In this document: piece after piece, positions 47,039 through 58,893 of the stretch
Layout of the letters: each line of letters starts with the position of its first letter
Numbering within the stretch: the first letter of the stretch is position 1
Source of the DNA: Methanobacteriota archaeon
GTDB lineage: Archaea; Methanobacteriota; Methanobacteria; Methanobacteriales; Methanobacteriaceae
NCBI GenBank assembly: GCA_963787255.1
Contig: CAWBCJ010000029.1
Span: 928,001-992,000, forward strand
Direction of reading: 5' to 3'
Length of the DNA stretch: 64,000 nucleotides
Notes under the pieces: generated by a model
Told to the model about the DNA's origin: nothing
Seen by the model: only the letters and a program-made list of their open reading frames with translations
The model's database searches: none
Program-made: the position numbers and the translations under genes

Positions 47039-48814
47039 TTGACAAGAATTGCTATATTAGATCACGACCGATGCATGCCCAAAAAATGCAACTATGTTTG
47101 CATTGAATACTGCCCCGGCGTTAGAATGGAAGAGGACACCATAACAATAGATCCTAAGACTAAAAAAGCAGTGTTTTCAGAGGAACTATGCTCTGGATGC
47201 GGTATATGTACCAAAAGATGTTATTTAAATGCTGTGACAATTATAAATCTCCCTGAAGCACTTGAAGAGCCAATTCACAGGTATGGTCAAAACCAGTTCG
47301 AATTATTCGGACTTCCCAACATAAAGGAAGGTTCTGTTGTGGGTATTTTAGGTCCAAACGGAATAGGAAAATCAACTATAATACAAATACTATCTGGAGA
47401 GCTTAAACCTAACCTGGGGAATTACGACGAAGAAGTTGAATGGGAAACCATAATAAACCACTTTAAAGGTTCTCAGCTCCAATCATACTTTAAAAAACTT
47501 TCAGAAGGAAATTTAAAGGTTTCTCACAAGCCTCAAATGGTGGACATGCTATCCAAGGTTGCAAAAGGTGAAGTTGGAGAACTATTGAAGCGTGTTGATG
47601 AAAGAGGAAAAATAGATGAAGTATCTGAGGTTCTAGAAATTAAATCTGTATTGAATAGGGATATTTCTAAACTCAGTGGTGGAGAACTCCAACGTGTTGC
47701 AATTGCTGCAGCAACCTTAAAAGATGCTGATTTTTATTATTTTGACGAGCCAACATCATGGTTGGACGTCAAGCAGAGATTAAACGCCGTTAAGGTTATA
47801 AGAAGCCTTGCAGATGAAGGAAAATCAGTAATGGTTATAGAACATGATTTAGCTGCTCTGGATGCAATATCTGACTACGTACACATACTCTACGGCCATC
47901 CTGGCGCTTACGGTGTTGTATCACAGATGAGGGGTGTTAGGGTTGGAATAAACACATATATAGGCGGATTTTTAAAGGAAGAGAATGTAAGGTTTAGAAG
48001 ACAGCCCATAGTCTTTGATGTAAGGCCTCCTTCAGAAGTAATTGAAGGAGAGGTCCTTGCAGAGTATACAGTACTTAAAAAGTCATATAATGGGTTCTCA
48101 ATTGAAGTAGAAGAAGGGGAAGTTCAATACAATGAAATAGTAACTGCATTTGGACCTAACGGTATTGGAAAAACCACCTTTGCCAGAATGCTTGCTGCTG
48201 ACATAAAACCAGACCAGGGAAAGATAAAGAAAAAGGTTTCAATTGCTTACAAGCCCCAATATTTATCATCTAACTTTGATGGAACTGTGATGGAATTTTT
48301 AATGACTAATGCACCCACTTACGGCACACCATTATTTAAAACCGAGATTGTAAAACCATTTACACTTGATGAGATCATGGAAAAAAATGTAAAAGATTTA
48401 AGTGGTGGAGAGCTTCAAAGACTTGCAATTGCAGCAGCACTTTCAAAAGATGCTGACATTTACCTTTTTGACGAGCCAACAGCATTTTTAGATGTTGAAC
48501 AGAGACTACGTGCTGCAAGGGCAATAAGGAAGATAATAGAAAGTAGACATGTTGCTTCAATCATAATTGACCATGATATTGTGTTTATTGACTATATATC
48601 AGATAGGGCAATGGTATTTTACGGCGAACCGGGAGTTGAAGGTTACGCCACCAGTCCAATGGACCTCCGTTCCGCAATGAACAGGTTCCTTTCTGATGTT
48701 GGAATAACATTTAGAAGGGATAAGGAAACTAAAAGGCCGCGTGTTAATAAATTTGAGAGCTATCTGGACCGTGAACAGAAAGAAAAAGGAGAATATTATT
48801 ATCTGGAAAGCTAA
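47039..48814 (+). CDS. Ribosome recycling ATPase ABCE1/Rli1
   Basis: N-terminal Fe-S cysteines, two GPNGIGK Walker A and LSGGELQR signatures. Confidence 0.96.
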   Translation: MTRIAILDHDRCMPKKCNYVCIEYCPGVRMEEDTITIDPKTKKAVFSEELCSGCGICTKRCYLNAVTIINLPEALEEPIHRYGQNQFELFGLPNIKEGSVVGILGPNGIGKSTIIQILSGELKPNLGNYDEEVEWETIINHFKGSQLQSYFKKLSEGNLKVSHKPQMVDMLSKVAKGEVGELLKRVDERGKIDEVSEVLEIKSVLNRDISKLSGGELQRVAIAAATLKDADFYYFDEPTSWLDVKQRLNAVKVIRSLADEGKSVMVIEHDLAALDAISDYVHILYGHPGAYGVVSQMRGVRVGINTYIGGFLKEENVRFRRQPIVFDVRPPSEVIEGEVLAEYTVLKKSYNGFSIEVEEGEVQYNEIVTAFGPNGIGKTTFARMLAADIKPDQGKIKKKVSIAYKPQYLSSNFDGTVMEFLMTNAPTYGTPLFKTEIVKPFTLDEIMEKNVKDLSGGELQRLAIAAALSKDADIYLFDEPTAFLDVEQRLRAARAIRKIIESRHVASIIIDHDIVFIDYISDRAMVFYGEPGVEGYATSPMDLRSAMNRFLSDVGITFRRDKETKRPRVNKFESYLDREQKEKGEYYYLES

Positions 48815-48864
48815 AATTTTTTATTAATTTTTATTTTATAAATTAAAATATAAAAAAAAGAAAG

Positions 48865-50025
48865 TTATTTAGTTTGCAGTGCGTCCATTGCATCCTGGAA
48901 ATCAACTGCAAACTTTTCAACGCCAGCTTTAGGTATAGAGAAGCTTACTCTCAGGTATCTGTCCCCGAATAATTTACTGGTGTAATTTCCTTCCCTTGTA
49001 AAGATTTTTCTCTCAAGAAGGAACTCTGCTACATCGACAGGTTCTATTCCAGTTTCTTCAAGGTCAATTACGAGCATGTTTCCATCTGATGGATAAACTG
49101 GTATGAATGCACCTTTCACATTATCAACAGCTTTTTTAATGATTTTTTGGTTGGATCTTGTGGTATCTCTTATTCTGTCAATCCATTCGTGCTTTGATTT
49201 GAGTGCTGCAATTGCACCTTTTTGAGCAACAACGTTTGTTCCAAGGTCATTTATAACAATGGTTCTAACTGAATTTAAAATATTAGGAGTGCTTATCATT
49301 GCCCCAATACGCAGTCCTGCCATTCCATAAATTTTAGAGAAACTATAAACTGTTACTGTATGATCTGGGGCGTATTTGGCAGCAAGATGATGTTCTCTAG
49401 CAAAATCCCTGTAAGTTATGTCATGGAGCAGATAAATGTCATTATCTATAGCTATATCTGCGAATTCCTTGATTTCTTCTTTAGTATAACATGATCCTAG
49501 TGGATTTAGAGGATCCACAAGCGATATTATCTTGGTGTTTTCATCCATGTTCTGTTTAACCAGCTCTGGAGTTAGTTTGTATTCATTCTCTTTACTGTAT
49601 ATTGGAACAGATTTAACATGGTCTGCAAACCTGCTTGCAAAGTTATCAATGATAAGATATCCTGGATCGCAAGTTATGACATTATCTTTAGGGTCCAGTA
49701 TGTCGTTCATACATAGAAATAGAGATTCTGTACCTCCGGCAGTAATTAGAATATCATTGTTTCCATCATTAAGCCCTAAATCTTCAAGAATAAGGTTTTT
49801 AAGCTCAGGAAATCCTTCTGGCGGCGGGTACTTACAGTAATCCTTGTTTTTAACGCTGTCCAGCATGGAGTACATGATGTCGTTTTCTTCATGTAAATGA
49901 TTGGTGTTTTGACCCATCCAGATCATTTCTTCATCATTATAAACGTATTCAAAGAACTCATTTATAGTTTTAAAGCCTTTTGGCAGTCTCTTAGCTGTTT
50001 TTGCATATTTTTTTGGTGAAATCAT
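48865..50025 (-). CDS. Class I/II PLP-dependent aminotransferase
   Basis: [32 protein letters not shown]. Confidence 0.9.
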   Translation of the reverse strand: MISPKKYAKTAKRLPKGFKTINEFFEYVYNDEEMIWMGQNTNHLHEENDIMYSMLDSVKNKDYCKYPPPEGFPELKNLILEDLGLNDGNNDILITAGGTESLFLCMNDILDPKDNVITCDPGYLIIDNFASRFADHVKSVPIYSKENEYKLTPELVKQNMDENTKIISLVDPLNPLGSCYTKEEIKEFADIAIDNDIYLLHDITYRDFAREHHLAAKYAPDHTVTVYSFSKIYGMAGLRIGAMISTPNILNSVRTIVINDLGTNVVAQKGAIAALKSKHEWIDRIRDTTRSNQKIIKKAVDNVKGAFIPVYPSDGNMLVIDLEETGIEPVDVAEFLLERKIFTREGNYTSKLFGDRYLRVSFSIPKAGVEKFAVDFQDAMDALQTK

Positions 50026-50329
50026 TATCTCACAACACATAAAATAATATTTTTATTATATTGAATAATCTCAAAATAACCTTAAATTACTATTTATCGT
50101 TTTAAAAAACTATTATTTATAGTTACTTATCTAATGCTTTAAACTTCTAATCTCTTTAATGTATTAAAAGTTAATTTATGCCAATCTAATTTATTGCATT
50201 AAATCAGATATAAGTTTAAAATAGTTTACTCACGTAATCATTGGTTAATTTATGAAATATTTATTTCATTAAAATGGAAAAAGGTATCCTTTTAGAAGCA
50301 TTATACTATATTTTTCGTTTTTTAACCCT

Positions 50330-51022
50330 TTATTTTAAGCCTCTATCGATGATTTCGAATTTAACCCTGGCGCCTTCCGGCTTGCTTTTATGTCTTTTCA
50401 GCACGGCATACCTGTCGCCATTATCATTTTTTTCAAGTTCCACAATAATTTTACTCCAGTACTTTAAGATTGTACCGCCAACGGGCTCTATTGCATCTTC
50501 TTCGTCAAAAATGGAGTATATATGATTTGTAATTATCACAGCTATGCCATATTTTCTTGCAAGTCTTGAAAGGAGTCCCATTTGTTTCCCAAGCTCTCTG
50601 TTTATTTCGGTCTGACCGCCGTCTTTTAACCGGTATAGTGCAACTGCAGAATCCAGTACAATAAGATCTATATTTGCTTCGCTTTTTAAACTGGTTTCGA
50701 TTTTTTGTAGAGCTTCATTTTGTTCCTTAAAGGTTGTAGGTTCCATTACTATGATATTTCCTGCCAGTTTTTCAAAATCATCTCCCGAAATTTGTTTAAC
50801 CCTTTCAATGGATAATCCGCCTTCAGTATCTATTAAAACCGCTTTATTTCCGTTTTTTGCGCATTGAACCAGCATTTTTAATGCAATATTAGTTTTTCCA
50901 GATCCTGGAGGCCCATAAAACTGAGTGATGCATCCTTTTTCTATTCCTCCTCCAAGTACCATGTCAATGGAGCATCCTACTGGTAATTTACTTTCTTTTT
51001 TGATGTTAGATAATGTTTTCAA
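50330..51022 (-). CDS. radB: DNA repair protein RadB
   Basis: [23 protein letters not shown]-terminal KRH patch; no N-terminal HhH domain. Confidence 0.93.
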   Translation of the reverse strand: MKTLSNIKKESKLPVGCSIDMVLGGGIEKGCITQFYGPPGSGKTNIALKMLVQCAKNGNKAVLIDTEGGLSIERVKQISGDDFEKLAGNIIVMEPTTFKEQNEALQKIETSLKSEANIDLIVLDSAVALYRLKDGGQTEINRELGKQMGLLSRLARKYGIAVIITNHIYSIFDEEDAIEPVGGTILKYWSKIIVELEKNDNGDRYAVLKRHKSKPEGARVKFEIIDRGLK

Positions 51023-51362
51023 TAGTAATACCTCTTAAGTCTTTAAAATGTAGTTAAACAGATAAATTTAATAATTTTTCAGCTTAATTTTTTAGTTAAA
51101 ATTAGCTCTTTTATAATTCATCTTTGATTATTCTAATAAAAATAATTTTGGTGGGATCAATCTATTTTAATTTAATAGCTCATTTTCTAATTTAAATCTT
51201 TATTATTTTTTATTTAACTGAATAGAATGATTTAATTTCCGGGATATTTTAGCAATATGTTTATATTTTAATAACTAATAATAATTTAATAATACATTCT
51301 GATATTCTAAAAAATAGTAGTTTTATTTAATTTGGGAAAAATGTTTGGAGATTAAAAATAAT

Positions 51363-52799
51363 ATGAGTAGTGCCCAGGTTTTATTGATTAATCCATTAGA
51401 TGATGGTCATCTTAAAGTGGGATTAGGGATTAAAATACCTCCAATTAATCTTATGTATCTTGCAGCTGCACTCGAAGAAGCTTCAATCAAGGTTAAAATT
51501 GTCGACGATGATTTATACAACATGGGATATGAAAAAGTAGCAGATCTAGCTTCAAAAATTAAACCATTACTTTTGGGGATAACCTCTACCACAGCTACTA
51601 TTAAAGATTCTTTAAAATATATTAAAGTGGCTAAAGAACTCTTACCTAATACTTTGACAGTAATAGGTGGTTCTCATGTTACATTTTTACCTGTAGAAAC
51701 CTTAAAAAGCGAGGAATTATTAGATGTGGTAGTAGTAGGGGAAGGTGAAGAAACAATAGTTGATCTTTTCGAGGAATATGAAAGAAATGGTATGAACCAG
51801 CTTTCAGAAGTTCCAGGGATAGTTTACAGGTATAATGATAAAATTAAGCAAAATAAGCCAAGACCATTAATAAAAAACCTGGATGATTTACCATTTCCAG
51901 CTAGACACTTGGTACCGTTTAATTCTTATAAAACATCTAGAAACCAGGCAGGGGGAATTATAACAAGTAGAGGATGCGTATTTTCATGTAAATATTGCTC
52001 ATCTTCATTGATTATGGGGAAAAAATTTAGAACCCGCAGTCCAGAAAACGTTGTTGATGAAATCCAACTTCTCGCTGAAAATTATGGAATAGGGGAATTG
52101 GCATTTCTAGATGATATATTCATGCTGAATAAAAAAAGGGCAATAGAAGTAGCTGATGAAATTAAAAATAGGGGACTTGATTTAAGTTTTGTTGCTTCAT
52201 CAAGAGTTGATATGGTAAATAGGCAGTTTTTGGAGCATATGAAAAATGCAGGAATGAGCACGCTGTATTGTGGTGTTGAATCAGGTTCACAACGTGTTTT
52301 AGATCTAATGGGAAAGGGAATAACTTTAAAACAGGCTGAAGATGCTGTTAAAGCTGCAAAAGATGTTGGGCTCGACGTTATGGGGTCATTTGTTATTGGT
52401 TATCCTGGTGAGAAACCTGCTGAAATTGACCAGACTATTGACTTTGCAATAAAACTTGACCCTGATTATTCTCAGTTTTCAATAATAACTCCATTTCCAG
52501 GAACGCCGTTATATTATGAGCTTAAAGAAAAAGGATTACTTGGTTCTACAGATTGGAGTAAATATACAGTCCTTGAATCTGTAATTAATTATGATAAGTT
52601 TGGATTAAGCGATAAATTGGTTGAAAGAAAAATGGCTAAAGCATACCTTAAATTTTATGTTAGGCCCCGTTATTTGATTAAACACAGGAATATGATTAAT
52701 CTTTTAATGGGGACTTTACTTAGAAGTTATATTATACCTAAACTGAGGGGTGGAACGCCTGATGTATGGTATAATTCTTTAAAAGAAGAATATTCTTGA
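51363..52799 (+). CDS. Cobalamin-binding radical SAM enzyme
   Basis: [10 protein letters not shown] and IGGSHVT B12 domain, [26 protein letters not shown]. Confidence 0.9.
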   Translation: MSSAQVLLINPLDDGHLKVGLGIKIPPINLMYLAAALEEASIKVKIVDDDLYNMGYEKVADLASKIKPLLLGITSTTATIKDSLKYIKVAKELLPNTLTVIGGSHVTFLPVETLKSEELLDVVVVGEGEETIVDLFEEYERNGMNQLSEVPGIVYRYNDKIKQNKPRPLIKNLDDLPFPARHLVPFNSYKTSRNQAGGIITSRGCVFSCKYCSSSLIMGKKFRTRSPENVVDEIQLLAENYGIGELAFLDDIFMLNKKRAIEVADEIKNRGLDLSFVASSRVDMVNRQFLEHMKNAGMSTLYCGVESGSQRVLDLMGKGITLKQAEDAVKAAKDVGLDVMGSFVIGYPGEKPAEIDQTIDFAIKLDPDYSQFSIITPFPGTPLYYELKEKGLLGSTDWSKYTVLESVINYDKFGLSDKLVERKMAKAYLKFYVRPRYLIKHRNMINLLMGTLLRSYIIPKLRGGTPDVWYNSLKEEYS

Positions 52800-52852
52800 A
52801 TTTTTTTGACATAAATTTAAAAGACTCAATGATTTTGGGGTTAAATTATTAG

Positions 52853-53461
52853 CTATAATTTGAAAGAGGGCTTATTTACTCCTCTTCTTACTATTTTGGG
52901 CGGAGAAACTGTTAAATCAATAACCGTTGAATGAATTCCATGCTTGCAGATTCCTGCATCAAGAATTAAATCAATTTCATCTCCTAATTGTTTTAAAACA
53001 CCTTCAATAGACTCTGGAATATTTTCTCCTGACAAATTAGCACTCGTGGTTGTTATTGGAAATTCCTTTGAAAGCTCCATGCAAATTTTATTATCTGGAA
53101 TCCTTATTCCAATTTTTCGACCCTCTGATGTTAAAATTGAAGGAACGTGCTCTTTTTTATTTAAAATAACAGTAAATGGGCCTGGAAAAAGAGAAGAAAT
53201 TGCTTTCTCTGATTTTTCATTTAAATAGGCAATTTTTTCTATATCTGCTATTTTAGAGACACAAACAGATAATGGTTTAGTCATAGGCCGTTTTTTAATT
53301 GAATAAACTTTTCCAACTGCTTCTAAATCAAATATATTTGCACCAATTCCGTAAACTGTATCTGTGGGGTAAATTATTATTTTTCCTTCATTTAAAGCCT
53401 TAATTGCAACTTTCAGCTTTTTGTTTTCTGGATTATCTGGACTGATTTTAATTATTTTCAT
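52853..53461 (-). CDS. tsaC: L-threonylcarbamoyladenylate synthase (YrdC domain only)
   Basis: PTDTVYG, KKRP..KPL, PGPFT, TTSANLSG, STVID. Confidence 0.93.
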   Translation of the reverse strand: MKIIKISPDNPENKKLKVAIKALNEGKIIIYPTDTVYGIGANIFDLEAVGKVYSIKKRPMTKPLSVCVSKIADIEKIAYLNEKSEKAISSLFPGPFTVILNKKEHVPSILTSEGRKIGIRIPDNKICMELSKEFPITTTSANLSGENIPESIEGVLKQLGDEIDLILDAGICKHGIHSTVIDLTVSPPKIVRRGVNKPSFKL

Positions 53462-53674
53462 TTAATCATCTGTGTTTTTAATAAGTCTATGCTTAAATTA
53501 TAAAGCGCTTCTTTAATTTAATTTAAGTGAATGGAAATTATTTTCAATATTTATTTTCAATATTTTCATCATTAAACCGAGATTTGTTTAAAATACTTTG
53601 TTTACTTCTTGATGTAATACAGAGCATTGTATTTCCACAATATATATCTTGATGAAAATTCCATAGGAATAAAT

Positions 53675-54247
53675 ATGCTTAATAAACTACGGCCGCGCTT
53701 TAAAATTTATATTGATCCGGTTGCAAAGAAAATTCACGTTAACCCTAATATTTTAACAATTATTGGACTTTTTATAGGTATTTTATCAGCTTACTTATTT
53801 GCAACAGGAAATTTGTTAGGTGGAGCTCTTTTAATTGCTTTAAGCGGTTTTTTTGATATTATTGATGGTGCGGTTGCACGAAATCATGGTTCTAATTCCC
53901 AATTTGGTTCAATACTTGATTCAACAACAGATCGACTTACAGACGCCTTCATTATTATGGGAATTATATTAGGTGGATTTGTAACACCAGTTATAGGGAT
54001 TTTAGCTATTATTGCATCATTTAGCGTAAGTTATGTCAGAGCAAGAATGGAATCAGAAGGCGTTAAGGGCGATGTTGGAATAGCTGAAAGAGCTGAAAGA
54101 TTAGTTATTATAATGATAGGTGCTTTTTTGAGTTATGCTTTGGGATTGAACATTATAATGGAGTATACAATTATTTTAATAGTTATTTTGGGTTTTTTCA
54201 CAGTTCTGCAAAGAATCTACCACGCATGGAAGCAATTAAATAATTAA
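53675..54247 (+). CDS. pgsA: CDP-alcohol phosphatidyltransferase (archaetidylinositol phosphate synthase)
   Basis: [37 protein letters not shown]. Confidence 0.88.
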   Translation: MLNKLRPRFKIYIDPVAKKIHVNPNILTIIGLFIGILSAYLFATGNLLGGALLIALSGFFDIIDGAVARNHGSNSQFGSILDSTTDRLTDAFIIMGIILGGFVTPVIGILAIIASFSVSYVRARMESEGVKGDVGIAERAERLVIIMIGAFLSYALGLNIIMEYTIILIVILGFFTVLQRIYHAWKQLNN

Positions 54248-54262
54248 TTTTTCTATTCAGGA

Positions 54263-54517
54263 ATGGATATTATGAGCAGTGATGAAGATACGATAGGGCG
54301 TATTAATAAAGATATTGAATTATTTACGAAAAATATAAAAGAAATAGAATCAATAGAAATGGACAGTAATGAAAATGAGGTTATCGAGAGGGCTAAGAGT
54401 TATTTTGAAGATACCAAATATTATCTAGAAAAGGGAGATCTTATAACTTCATTTGGATGTATAACATATGCACATGGATTACTGGATGCAGTAAGAATTA
54501 TTCACAACCTGATTTGA
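54263..54517 (+). CDS. DUF357 protein
   Basis: [22 protein letters not shown]. Confidence 0.85.
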   Translation: MDIMSSDEDTIGRINKDIELFTKNIKEIESIEMDSNENEVIERAKSYFEDTKYYLEKGDLITSFGCITYAHGLLDAVRIIHNLI

Positions 54518-54555
54518 TAAAATTTTAAAAATAACTTAAATCAAAAGGGATTAAT

Positions 54556-55215
54556 ATGAATAGATTTTTTGGCAAAGAAACTGAAGTAGAAAAATATTCA
54601 AAACTCCACGTCAGGCTGGTTTACGAATGTGCTCACAAGCTTAAGGATGTAATGTTCCACTTTTATGGTGGCAATTTTGAAGCAATGGAGACTGAAGTTG
54701 AGGAAATAACCAGATACGAGCACGAAGCAGATGATATACGAAGAAAAATGGAAGTTCAATTCTATAGTGGTGCATTTTTACCTTTTGATCGAGAAGATAG
54801 AATAGTTCTTGCAGAACTTGTAGACTCTGTTGCTGACGCTACACAATCTGCAGCGTATGCAGCTTTTCTTGGTAAAATTACTTTTCCAGCAGCTGAATTT
54901 GAAGAAGACTTTATCGAACTTGTCGAAAAATCATGTGAAGCTGTTTCAGTTTTGAAAGAATGTATAGAACTGCTGGAAAAAGATTTAAGCGCTTCTCTTG
55001 ATAAAGCTCACAAAGTAGAAGAAGTTGAAGAAGAAGGAGATAAAATAGAAAGGAAAATAATCCGTAAACTCTACACCGCCTACAGAAGCGACAAAATAGA
55101 TATTTTAACATTTGTAGAACTTAAGAATATTACGGAAAAGATTGGTAACATCGCAGATCGTTCAGAAGATGCTTCTGACCGTGTTCCTATTATTGTAGCA
55201 AAAAGAAAGGGCTAA
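54556..55215 (+). CDS. DUF47 / TIGR00153 PhoU-like protein
   Basis: EHEADDIRR, FLPFDRED, EEEGDKIER, IADRSED. Confidence 0.9.
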   Translation: MNRFFGKETEVEKYSKLHVRLVYECAHKLKDVMFHFYGGNFEAMETEVEEITRYEHEADDIRRKMEVQFYSGAFLPFDREDRIVLAELVDSVADATQSAAYAAFLGKITFPAAEFEEDFIELVEKSCEAVSVLKECIELLEKDLSASLDKAHKVEEVEEEGDKIERKIIRKLYTAYRSDKIDILTFVELKNITEKIGNIADRSEDASDRVPIIVAKRKG

Positions 55216-55251
55216 ACTAAGCTTTTTAATTCCAAATTATATATTATTTTC

Positions 55252-55926
55252 ATGCAAATTAGAAAAGAGATTCTTAAAGATGCCTCATATGACTTAAGAT
55301 TTCTTCTTAACAGGGGTTACAGAAAAAAGAATGCATTAGCTTTTGTGGCAAATAAATACCTTCTGTACCTTAACGAAAGAAATTATCTGACAAGATCTGT
55401 TTTTTCAAGCTCAAAATCAGCATTCAGAATGGATAAAATTATTGATCTATCCAAAATTCAAGGGCAGTTTCTTTTAGTGGACGGTTATAATGTCTTAATT
55501 ACCGTGGAAAGCATTTTCAGGGAAGACGATGATTCCATTATTTTATGTGATGATGGGATAATAAGAGATTTAAACGCTGTTTTTGGGAAATATAAGTTTA
55601 ATGAAATTACAGAAAAGGCTTTAAATAATATTTTAAATTCAATTAAAAAATACAGCCCTTTCAAAATCAAATTTTTCTTTGACAGGCAAGTTAGTTTCAG
55701 CGGTAAACTCGCAAATCTTACCGAGGAGATTATCCATTGCCAGGGGCTTAACGGAGAGGTCATTCTTTCAAAAAACGTTGATTATGAAATTATTAAACTG
55801 GCGGGTGCCAAAAAGGAAATTGTAGCTACAAGTGATAGTGTTATAATGGATAAAGTGGATAGAATTGTGGACATACCATTCCATCTTTTAGAAAACTCAA
55901 AAATTAACCTTAAAAGAAGCCTTTAA
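55252..55926 (+). CDS. DUF434 domain protein (PIN-like C-terminus)
   Basis: FLLNRGY, VDGYNVLITVE, DDGIIRDL, ATSDSVI. Confidence 0.85.
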   Translation: MQIRKEILKDASYDLRFLLNRGYRKKNALAFVANKYLLYLNERNYLTRSVFSSSKSAFRMDKIIDLSKIQGQFLLVDGYNVLITVESIFREDDDSIILCDDGIIRDLNAVFGKYKFNEITEKALNNILNSIKKYSPFKIKFFFDRQVSFSGKLANLTEEIIHCQGLNGEVILSKNVDYEIIKLAGAKKEIVATSDSVIMDKVDRIVDIPFHLLENSKINLKRSL

Positions 55927-56167
55927 CTAGAAAAATATTATAAGCACCAAAATGTAATATAGGTTGGTGTTTTAGACTAATTGATTTTAAATAAATAAAC
56001 ACATATAATAAAAAATGAAATATAATTATTATACGATCTTGACTTTAATTTAGTGCAAAATAATGCAATTTTATGTCAAATAGTATAGTGCATGGTTAAT
56101 TAAATGTAAAATTTAAGATATGTTAACGGTGCTAGATCGTGGAAATGAACATATTAACGGTGATATT

Positions 56168-56512
56168 ATGGAACCAGAAAATGAATTATATACCGAAAAA
56201 GTAGGTGAAGAACTTAAATCAAGAATGAAATGGTTTAAAGAAGCTCTTCAAGATGATACTAAAAAAGATGAATTGCATGAAAGTATACAGGGTTCTGAGA
56301 TACTTATAAGACTTGAAATATTCTTACCATCCGATAATCCTGAAGAATTTGTTGATGGACTTTATTTATATATAGATAACAGTGGAGAAATTGTAGACGC
56401 TGATTATTATTTCAGAAACAGCTGTGATGGGGCTGTAACTCGATTAGAGGATGATGATCTCCAAGTTATAAAGGACCTATTTCAGGATGCATTTTCATTG
56501 GAAATAGAATAA
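56168..56512 (+). CDS. Acidic hypothetical protein
   Basis: GGTGA SD before ATG 56168; Asp/Glu-rich 114-aa ORF, no recognised motif. Confidence 0.65.
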   Translation: MEPENELYTEKVGEELKSRMKWFKEALQDDTKKDELHESIQGSEILIRLEIFLPSDNPEEFVDGLYLYIDNSGEIVDADYYFRNSCDGAVTRLEDDDLQVIKDLFQDAFSLEIE

Positions 56513-56783
56513 AATCCATTACAATTTAAAATTGAACATTTTCAACTTATTTTTTCATAAAAAAAAATAATATTGATTTTGATGTTAAAATTCAAAAACA
56601 TAACTTATATATTAAAAATACAAATAAAATGCTTGTAATTGTTCTCAAAACCAATTATTAATATAATTTTCAAAATGCTCATGATCCAGTTTTTTATAGT
56701 TCTAATTAAATTGGAAGAGCTTTAATTATGGTGAACAAAGTAATTTATTATATTAATATTTTCCTAAATTACATAAATATACT

Positions 56784-56808
56784 TAATAATCCGATTACCG
56801 GATTATTA
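56784..56808. repeat. Perfect 10-bp inverted repeat with 5-nt spacer
   Basis: TAATAATCCG-attac-CGGATTATTA. Confidence 0.6.
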
Positions 56809-57142
56809 CATGATAAAAAGTCTAATAAGTTAGTTAATTAATTATAATTAATTCACATTCACTTAAAGAATTTCATTGATTCATTTAAAGTTCAACATTA
56901 AAATTTAAGTTATACCATTGTACATAATGTCCATTTCATGAGCGTTAAAAAAATGTATAAAGTAATATAGAAAAAAGGACAAAAATATATGTTGTATTTG
57001 GGATTTTTGGATAAATAATTGTAAAATAAATAATAACAGGGAAAAAAAATCATGCAACATATAAATCACAGAAAATCAACTAATTTTGATTACATATAAT
57101 AAATCCCTTGAATTAATGATTAAACCAATACGGAGGATTAGA

Positions 57143-57652
57143 ATGCGTAGTTTTGAAAGACTTACTTCTCTTAAAGATTATATTCCTTTAAAAAGAAGAG
57201 AAGTGGCAGGAAAAAACATAGGACTTCTTGTAGATGGTCCCAATATGTTAAGAAAAGAATTCAGCCTTAATCTCGACATTGTAAGAGAGATTATTTCGGA
57301 ATATGGTGATATGAGAGTTGGTAAAGTTTTGTTAAACCAATATGCTTCAGATAAACTTATAGAAGCAATTGTAAATCAAGGATTCACTCCTGTAGTTGTT
57401 GCTGGTGATACAGATGTTTACATGGCTGTAGAGGCTATGGAATTAATTTATAATCCTAATATTGATGTTGTTGCTCTCATGACCCGTGACGCTGATTTTT
57501 TACCAATAATAAACAAAGCCAAAGAAAACGGGAAAGAAACCATAGCAATTGGAGCAGAACCGGGGTTCAGCGCTGCATTACAAAACTCTGCTGACCATGC
57601 TATCATACTAAAGCCAGAAAACGGTAAAAGAAATCCAAAAATAAGGACTTAA
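57143..57652 (+). CDS. NYN-domain protein (TIGR00288 family)
   Basis: [19 protein letters not shown]; GGAGG SD before ATG 57143. Confidence 0.9.
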   Translation: MRSFERLTSLKDYIPLKRREVAGKNIGLLVDGPNMLRKEFSLNLDIVREIISEYGDMRVGKVLLNQYASDKLIEAIVNQGFTPVVVAGDTDVYMAVEAMELIYNPNIDVVALMTRDADFLPIINKAKENGKETIAIGAEPGFSAALQNSADHAIILKPENGKRNPKIRT

Positions 57653-57662
57653 GGAAAAAAAA

Positions 57663-58832
57663 ATGCTTATTAAGTCTACAGTTGACGAGGTAAAAAAAAG
57701 AGAAAATTCCCTGAGGATAATAAACTCTATTTTAAAGAAGTACGGTAGAGAAGATTTTTATGATTTAACAGGCCTTGCTGGAGGATTTAAACTAGGCGAG
57801 GAAGATATGGATCTACTTGAAACTTATGCAGGCCCTGCAATATTTGAAAATCAGCTTCAGAATGCTGGTAAACTGCATCTGGGAGGAGAAAAAATACTGG
57901 CCTTTAACCGAACCACAGCAGGAATACTTGCAGCCATTTTAGCGCTTGTAAAAGAGGGTGACGAGGTCATACATTACTTGCCGGAATTACCTTCTCATCC
58001 TTCAATACCCCGCAGTAGCGAGCTGGTAGGCGCTTCTTATGTCGAATACGATAATATAAATGATTTTGAGGTTCACGATAACACATCTTTGGTTATAATA
58101 ACAGGTTCTACAATGGATCATCAAATAATCAAAGAAGAAGAGTTTTCCAGAATAATAACAATTTCAAAGTCAAAAGCAATCAAGGTATTTGTAGATGACG
58201 CATCAGGGGCAAGATTAAGAACCGTACTCTTTAAACAGCCACGTGCCATGGATATGGGTGCTGATATTGTAATAACCAGTACTGATAAACTGATGGATGG
58301 TCCAAGGGCAGGACTAATGTCTGGAAAAGAGGAAATAATAGATTTAATTAAATCAAAAGCTCAACAGTTTGGTCTTGAAGCTCAAGCATCCACCATCGTT
58401 GGAATAATCAGAGCAATAGAAAATTTCAGTCAGGATCGTATGCTTGAATCATTTCAAAAAAAACATGAAGTGTTTGAGGCATTGAAGAAAAACATTGAAA
58501 ACATAAGGGAAACTCCAACTGGAGTCATGCTTTCTGCTGAAGATTTAGTAGATGAATTAAATAAAAAGGGTATAAAAACAGAATTTACATCTGCAGATGT
58601 TGCATGTGTTTTTTCAGTCCTTCTCCTTAGAAATTACCATATTTTAACAATTCCTGCTGTTGGAATGCCTGGAGCATCTGCAACACTTCGAATAGACATG
58701 GCATCAAAGGACGCTGAACGTGTAGGGGCTGATTACATTATTAAAGCCATGATTGAAACTTTTTCTCATCTAGGAGAAATTGTTAATTATAAAATGGCAT
58801 GTAACACGCTTTTATTTGAAAATGGTTTATAA
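57663..58832 (+). CDS. SelA-like PLP-dependent enzyme (TIGR03576/MJ0158 family)
   Basis: YDLTGLAGG, NRTTA, VDDASGAR, STDKLMDGPRAG. Confidence 0.85.
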   Translation: MLIKSTVDEVKKRENSLRIINSILKKYGREDFYDLTGLAGGFKLGEEDMDLLETYAGPAIFENQLQNAGKLHLGGEKILAFNRTTAGILAAILALVKEGDEVIHYLPELPSHPSIPRSSELVGASYVEYDNINDFEVHDNTSLVIITGSTMDHQIIKEEEFSRIITISKSKAIKVFVDDASGARLRTVLFKQPRAMDMGADIVITSTDKLMDGPRAGLMSGKEEIIDLIKSKAQQFGLEAQASTIVGIIRAIENFSQDRMLESFQKKHEVFEALKKNIENIRETPTGVMLSAEDLVDELNKKGIKTEFTSADVACVFSVLLLRNYHILTIPAVGMPGASATLRIDMASKDAERVGADYIIKAMIETFSHLGEIVNYKMACNTLLFENGL

Positions 58833-58893
58833 TCACGCTGTTTTCTGAAATTTATTTAATCATTTCTTTTTTTTAACAAAAATCGGTGGTTTC

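Noticed and set aside
56836-56853. 18-bp perfect palindrome AATTAATTATAATTAATT
   Set aside because: A/T-only low-complexity sequence in a very AT-rich region.
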